A stretch of 64,000 nucleotides of DNA from a virus. Lineage: Duplodnaviria; Caudoviricetes. A program made the translations under genes and the position numbers. Where the stretch lies: positions 1 to 64,000 of IMG/VR virus record IMGVR_UViG_3300029969_000013; one strand, 5' to 3'. The notes below the pieces were generated by a model. That model made no database searches and was not told the DNA's origin. It was given only the letters and a program-made list of their open reading frames with translations. This document shows positions 59,516 through 64,000 of the stretch, piece after piece (the stretch's first letter is position 1; each line of letters opens with the position of its first letter).

Positions 59516-61333
59516 ATGATGAAACTTTCATCTATCCACATTCAAGGTATGCATAACGTTGAAGACAAAACCTACTCCCTTAGTAATATGAATTACTTTG
59601 TAGGTCCTAACGGTGCAGGAAAATCAACAGCTATGCAGGCAATTCAGCTTGCACTTCTCGGATACATTCCAGGTACAGACAAGAAGAAATCAGCTATCTT
59701 CCAACATTCAAATGGACAATTCATGTCAGTATCTTTGGTACTCGAAGATGGTAACAAGCAAATAACTATCAACCGTACTTGGAATCGTAAAGGTAAGGAT
59801 GTTGTAGCAGCTGTTAACACAGTACCAGATGATATAGATGTCGAATCTATCATTGGAGAAATCTCGCTCCCAATCCTTAACTTCAATGAATTCATCTCGA
59901 TGACATCTAACAAGTTGAAGGACTGGTTTATCAACTTCCTTCCAAACAGTGATTCTTCTATTGATTGGGACAAGAAGCTTCGCCAGGAGATTGCTGATTA
60001 TGGTAAATTACTCAGTCCAGAGTATGTAACTGAAATAATTACTTATGTTACTAATCTCAAGAGTAAAGGTCTCGATCAGATAAGAGAATTCAATGCGTTT
60101 TTAAAACAGCAGCAGTCTTTCAAGAAAACTGAACTTACAAGAGTACAAGGCACCATTCAGAGTCTCATTTTCTATGATGACTGTGACAATTCAGTAGATG
60201 TATGTACTCTCAAGGAACAGAATCGAGTAGATTCACTTATCAAAGATAACATCAATCATCAGCTTTTAAGGATTTCTAACAATAAGAAGATTGATGCTCA
60301 ACTTAGTTTGCTTACAGAAGTAGTAAGTGATTCACTTGAATCTGATAATAGATATCAGGAAAATCTCAGCAACATTGCAGCTGCTGATAAAGTAATTGCC
60401 GAATGTAATAATACAATTAGTGATTATTCAAATTCACTTGCAGCTCTCAAACAGAAGCGTGCAGATAAAGTTGAAGTAATCAACGGTGCAGGTGTATGTC
60501 CTTACAGCGGATCAGTTTGTGAATCCATTCGTAAATTATTAGATGTGTTCAAATCCGATGTTGAAAATATTGACGCTGATATTATCAGATTCAATGACGA
60601 ACGTTCAGCTAAAGAAAAAGAACGAGTTGCTGCAGATACTCAGAAGCGTATGTGTGAAAATCATAACGCTAAGATAACAACACAGTACAGCCAGTATGCA
60701 TCTCTTAAGAAGCAGTATGACTTTAGTGTTGTTGATCTTGAAGAGTCTATGCTCCAGAAAAATCTAAAGAAAACAACATCTGATATAGAAGCTAGAAATG
60801 ATCTTATTATTAAACTAGAAGCTAATAAGCAATACAACGAGCTTACACATACATTGACTGCTCAGAAGTTTCAGATTGAACAGGAGCTTGAGATTCTGAA
60901 AGCTTGGATAAAGCTTACAGATGTAAATGGTATGCAGTCTACAATCATGGAAGCTCCGTTCAATAATCTTGCTGGTAAAATGTCTGAGTATTTGAACAAA
61001 TTCTTCAACAGAGATGATCTGACAGCTGCATTTCATCTTACACAAGAAGCTAATAGTTTCAGTTTTGGAATCCGTAAAACTGATAACACATATCTGGAAT
61101 TCGACTTACTGTCTAGTGGTGAAAAATGTTTGTACACATTGTCGCTTATGCTTGGTCTGATTGAAACATCTGCTACACAGCTGCCAATTATTCTCATTGA
61201 TGACTTGCTTGACCATCTTGACCAGGAACGAATTGCATCTTGCTTTGAAACCTTGTATGATATTGATAATGTACAGGTACTTCTTGCAGGTGTACAAAAC
61301 TCACCTATCGCTGAAGGTATTATTGAGGTGTAA
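59516..61333 (+). CDS. SbcC/Rad50/SMC-like ATPase (gp46-like)
   Basis: GPNGAGKST, central coiled coil with CPYSGSVC, LSSGEK, ILIDDLLDHLD. Confidence 0.9.
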   Translation: MMKLSSIHIQGMHNVEDKTYSLSNMNYFVGPNGAGKSTAMQAIQLALLGYIPGTDKKKSAIFQHSNGQFMSVSLVLEDGNKQITINRTWNRKGKDVVAAVNTVPDDIDVESIIGEISLPILNFNEFISMTSNKLKDWFINFLPNSDSSIDWDKKLRQEIADYGKLLSPEYVTEIITYVTNLKSKGLDQIREFNAFLKQQQSFKKTELTRVQGTIQSLIFYDDCDNSVDVCTLKEQNRVDSLIKDNINHQLLRISNNKKIDAQLSLLTEVVSDSLESDNRYQENLSNIAAADKVIAECNNTISDYSNSLAALKQKRADKVEVINGAGVCPYSGSVCESIRKLLDVFKSDVENIDADIIRFNDERSAKEKERVAADTQKRMCENHNAKITTQYSQYASLKKQYDFSVVDLEESMLQKNLKKTTSDIEARNDLIIKLEANKQYNELTHTLTAQKFQIEQELEILKAWIKLTDVNGMQSTIMEAPFNNLAGKMSEYLNKFFNRDDLTAAFHLTQEANSFSFGIRKTDNTYLEFDLLSSGEKCLYTLSLMLGLIETSATQLPIILIDDLLDHLDQERIASCFETLYDIDNVQVLLAGVQNSPIAEGIIEV

Positions 61334-61336
61334 ATT

Positions 61337-61864
61337 ATGAAAGATGTTTACAGCAAAATTGTATATGACACATTTGATATCGCAGATGCGATATCTGAAC
61401 TTAATGACACAATTAACAATACTGTCAACTTCAATGAAAAACACCCGCCTGTTTATATTTGCATAATGGATGGCGCAGTGCAATTCTTTGCAGATATAAC
61501 ACGTAAATTACCTTCTGGACAATGCGTATATGTGAAGGCAAGTAGCTATGGACATACTCAACAATCTGGAGAACTTACAGTTTCTGAGATACCTAGTGAT
61601 TTGAATTCTAATCAAATCTTCATATTTGACGATATATGCGATACAGGTTCTACACTAAAAGCTGTTAGTGACATTGTACAGCTCAAATATCCAAATGCTG
61701 ATGTATATACTGTAGCTCTTGTTGACCGTGCAAGCGATGGAAAAGGAGTACCTTACTGGTCTGCTATCACTACATCTAAATCTACATTCTTTGCAGGATA
61801 TGGTATGGATGATAAGGGGCAAGGCAGAAATTTACCATTTATCTACGATTGTACGGAGGAATAA
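61337..61864 (+). CDS. Hypoxanthine/guanine phosphoribosyltransferase-like protein
   Basis: CIMDGAVQFFADI, FIFDDICDTGSTL (PRPP loop), FFAGYGMD. Confidence 0.8.
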   Translation: MKDVYSKIVYDTFDIADAISELNDTINNTVNFNEKHPPVYICIMDGAVQFFADITRKLPSGQCVYVKASSYGHTQQSGELTVSEIPSDLNSNQIFIFDDICDTGSTLKAVSDIVQLKYPNADVYTVALVDRASDGKGVPYWSAITTSKSTFFAGYGMDDKGQGRNLPFIYDCTEE

Positions 61865-61866
61865 GT

Positions 61867-62262
61867 ATGAAAATTCAAGAGGGTCAAATGTATGAAATCA
61901 CTGTAGTTAAGATTCTGCCTAAGGGAATAATTGTGCAGATTAAAGGAACATCTGACACAGAGTTTATACATATATCCAAACTGTCTACAAAATTTGTATC
62001 AGACATATCTAAATTGGTACAAGTAGGTGACTGTTTTGAAGCTATATGTGTGAAAGGTTCTACTAGATTAGAATTATCTTTGAAGCACCTAAATTTAGAA
62101 TCGTTATATAAAAATGTAGATCGCAAGTGTCTTGAGAAACACAATCAGCCAAAATCTTCATTAGACGAGATGATTGCATCGGCTGAGGCTATTTTCAAAG
62201 ACAAAAGGCGAGATGCAGATGCTAGATTGAAACGTAGACGTAAGTCAGGTTTCAAAAGATGA
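61867..62262 (+). CDS. S1 RNA-binding domain protein (YugI/GSP13-like)
   Basis: EGQMYEITVVKILPKG..FIHISKLS..VQVGD..LSLK, basic tail. Confidence 0.8.
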   Translation: MKIQEGQMYEITVVKILPKGIIVQIKGTSDTEFIHISKLSTKFVSDISKLVQVGDCFEAICVKGSTRLELSLKHLNLESLYKNVDRKCLEKHNQPKSSLDEMIASAEAIFKDKRRDADARLKRRRKSGFKR

Positions 62263-62281
62263 ATAATACGGAGGATAAATT

Positions 62282-62755
62282 ATGATTAAAGAAGTTAAAA
62301 AATGTATGTATCATTCTACATTACTCAATGAGGATTTCGATACACTATTCCATGCAAAGGATGCAGAGCTCAATATACGTATACATATTCGTAAGAATAT
62401 TGAATCGTTGATAAACATAATCGACTACTACAATGAATTATGTGATGAATATAAGTCTGCAGTACATCAGGGTGATTCTGAAAGTGTCGAAAAATATGAA
62501 CAACTGCTCGACGAGACATTCAATAAGTTCTATGAATTAGGTGTCCATAAATTGCTGTTCCCTGAGAATGAAGATTCAGCAGAGGTAGAATTTGAAAAGG
62601 CAATGCGTGCATATTGTGGTGAATCAGATACCGATGATACAGCTGAATGTATGGAAGATGTTGATGTAGAACGTGCACCGTCCAGTGGCATTTTAGTTAA
62701 AGTGCATAAGGTAAGAAGGTCACATTGCGGCAATTGTAACAGATGCAAACAGTAA
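62282..62755 (+). CDS. Acidic hypothetical protein
   Basis: GGAGGA SD. Confidence 0.7.
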   Translation: MIKEVKKCMYHSTLLNEDFDTLFHAKDAELNIRIHIRKNIESLINIIDYYNELCDEYKSAVHQGDSESVEKYEQLLDETFNKFYELGVHKLLFPENEDSAEVEFEKAMRAYCGESDTDDTAECMEDVDVERAPSSGILVKVHKVRRSHCGNCNRCKQ

Positions 62756-62810
62756 ATGATTCAACATTATACATTTAACCTTGTATAATTAGCGATCGTT
62801 ATTATAAGTG

Positions 62811-62880
62811 GCCAAGATGATGCTTGGCAGGGAATCTGCAATGAGCAGAGTACTACCGTCTGTGGGTTGACGGTAGACCA
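62811..62880 (+). ncRNA. Candidate structured RNA: three hairpins ending in an 8-bp stem + ACCA
   Basis: GCCAAG/CTTGGC, TCTGC/GCAGA, CTACCGTC/GACGGTAG then ACCA; starts right after two promoter motifs. Confidence 0.45.
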
Positions 62881-62881
62881 A

Positions 62882-62971
62882 GCCGGAGTAGCCCAAAATC
62901 AGTCAGAGGTACTTGTCAGTCCTAGGCAACGTCAAGAAACAGTGTTGGTTCAAATCCAGCCTCCGGTACCA
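62882..62971 (+). ncRNA. tRNA-like RNA with extended anticodon arm centred on TAG (Leu-like)
   Basis: Acceptor GCCGGAG/CTCCGGT, GTTGG-TTCAAAT-CCAGC T arm, A-CCA end; 15-nt region in place of the 7-nt anticodon loop. Confidence 0.7.
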
Positions 62972-63096
62972 GACTCGCTTTCTTAAGATAGCTTCTTGTT
63001 CCGAGTCTGAAATAGAAAGAAGCTATAGTGTAGTAATATGCAACTATATAGCATATACGTCTTTGACAGTTGAACGGATATAATCAACTGTAATGA

Positions 63097-63173
63097 GGGC
63101 CTTTAGCTTAGTCGGTTAGAGCAGCTGACTCATAATCAGCAGGTCGCCAGTTCGAGACTGGCAAGGCTCACCA
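63097..63173 (+). tRNA. tRNA with CAT anticodon, most likely Ile2 (lysidine type)
   Basis: Full cloverleaf GGGCCTT/AAGGCTC, GCTGA-CTCATAA-TCAGC, encoded CCA; acceptor and D arm resemble Bacillota tRNA-Ile2. Confidence 0.9.
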
Positions 63174-63267
63174 GCCCGAAAGGGCAAAATTTCAATTGTT
63201 GTCATAAAGTTACTTGTTTTTAGTTCATTTTGTCTTAGAAACTTATCATGTATCTAAGACATTTTCT

Positions 63268-63334
63268 CCTTCAATAGCTTAATTAGTAAAGCAAATGTTT
63301 ATTGATGCTGGTGCAAATCCAACTTGAAGGTCCA
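63268..63334 (+). ncRNA. tRNA-like RNA with truncated anticodon arm
   Basis: Perfect acceptor CCTTCAA/TTGAAGG, D arm GCTT/AAGC, T arm GCTGG-TGCAAAT-CCAAC, T-CCA; only 14 nt between D and T arms. Confidence 0.7.
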
Positions 63335-63383
63335 GTCCTAAATAGGACAATCGTTATTAATAACAGAAAGCAACATAAAATGT

Positions 63384-63459
63384 TGGGGTATAGCCAAGTG
63401 GTAAGGCAACAGACTTTGACTCTGTCATCTCGCTGGTTCGAATCCAGCTACTCCAACCA
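63384..63459 (+). tRNA. tRNA-Gln (TTG)
   Basis: TGGGGTA/TACTCCA acceptor, ACAGA-CTTTGAC-TCTGT anticodon arm, TTCGAAT loop, CCA. Confidence 0.95.
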
Positions 63460-63559
63460 GCAGTACGAGTTGCTGCCAATGTAGGTTTTAGAGCAAATGT
63501 TGTTCCTACATAAAAATAAAACAGGTATGTGCGGCGAGACGGACCTAAACGCCGACCAT

Positions 63560-63661
63560 GTAGTGTCAGCGTAGCGAGATGATATGCATTCAACCATATG
63601 GGAATAGGTGGTTTACTCATATGGTAACCACCAGCAGGGGCAGGACCTGCACACTGCACCA
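63560..63661 (+). ncRNA. tRNA-like RNA with enlarged/duplicated central arms and non-consensus T loop
   Basis: Acceptor GTAGTGT/ACACTGC, D stem GCGT/ATGC, GCAGG-7nt-CCTGC arm, A-CCA end. Confidence 0.5.
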
Positions 63662-63702
63662 GCGTCAAAAGACGCACTTTCATAATTCTTTTCTTTTAGG
63701 CG

Positions 63703-63807
63703 AGCAGATGACCTCCAAATCAAATATCTGCAAAGTAGCTCCTTAACTGATGGCCTGAAATTCAGGCCTTAACAAGAACAAGAGGTAACGACTTATGTTC
63801 TTGACCA
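63703..63807 (+). ncRNA. Candidate structured RNA: three hairpins ending in an 8-bp stem + ACCA
   Basis: GCAGAT/ATCTGC, GGCCTGA/TCAGGCC, CAAGAACA/TGTTCTTG then ACCA. Confidence 0.4.
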
Positions 63808-63969
63808 GTCGGTTTGTCTTTTCTATTTCTTCGTTCCGACAACAAAAACCAGTAAATAGAACGTTTAGTACATACGGTAGGATATCTCATGTATTTGATA
63901 GTATTTAAAGAGGTGCACATTTTTAAATACGTCGGTACAATTAGATAGAATGAAAATGTACTTACATAT

Positions 63970-64000
63970 CTAGATGTAGCTCAGTTTGGTAGAGTGCTTG
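63970..64000 (+). tRNA. 5' part of a tRNA cut by the window end (Pro-like)
   Basis: CTAGATG-TAGCTCAGTTTGGTAGAGT: canonical D arm; C1 and the following bases resemble tRNA-Pro. Confidence 0.7.

Noticed and set aside
62882-62971. Amber-suppressor tRNA / TAG recoding
   Set aside because: CTA is off-centre in the arm, and long genes are uninterrupted with TAG used as a normal stop (e.g. 42311, 53302)
63063-63084. TTGACA...TATAAT sigma-A promoter
   Set aside because: Spacer is only 10 nt; the segment is better explained as a CAGTTGA/TCAACTG hairpin
62811-64000. tmRNA, CRISPR array or group I intron
   Set aside because: No tag reading frame linking matching tmRNA ends, no repeated spacer-separated units, no recognisable P/Q/R/S core
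1-64000. Integrase, attachment site or host flank (prophage boundary)
   Set aside because: None seen; the whole window reads as continuous phage sequence, so lifestyle cannot be judged here

Overview
All 64 kb come from an AT-rich, large contractile-tailed phage (myovirus with T4-like morphogenesis genes). The host is probably a Firmicute (Clostridia-type), judged from the Cpl-7/Amidase_2 endolysin, RecU, a SleB-type hydrolase, an LL-H-like holin and Bacillota-like tRNAs. Every credible gene is on the + strand. Gene order: terminase, degenerate NAD-ligase homologue, portal, neck, sheath and tube, a small accessory cassette, tape measure, baseplate with a large muralytic block, tail fibre, prohead protease-scaffold, major capsid, lysis genes, recombination/replication and accessory genes (NrdG, SNF2, RecU, HD, UvrD, SbcC/SMC, HPRT, S1), and finally a 1.2 kb non-coding tRNA/ncRNA cluster that runs off the window end. 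Four observations stand out. (1) The RNA cluster mixes canonical tRNAs with three CCA-ending tRNA-like RNAs whose anticodon arms are lengthened, shrunken or doubled, plus three stem+ACCA minihelix units. (2) About 14 proteins share a basic leader and an [IV]-x-[ASGC]/[SA] motif that also fills the capsid propeptide and the protease-scaffold, suggesting protease-processed, head-packaged cargo. The cargo includes a methyltransferase-containing polyprotein and a Dps-like protein. (3) A homologue of the phosphorothioation-associated methyltransferase appears split over two genes. (4) An NAD-ligase homologue lacking its catalytic lysine sits between terminase and portal. All family assignments come from visual motif recognition; no database searches were run.
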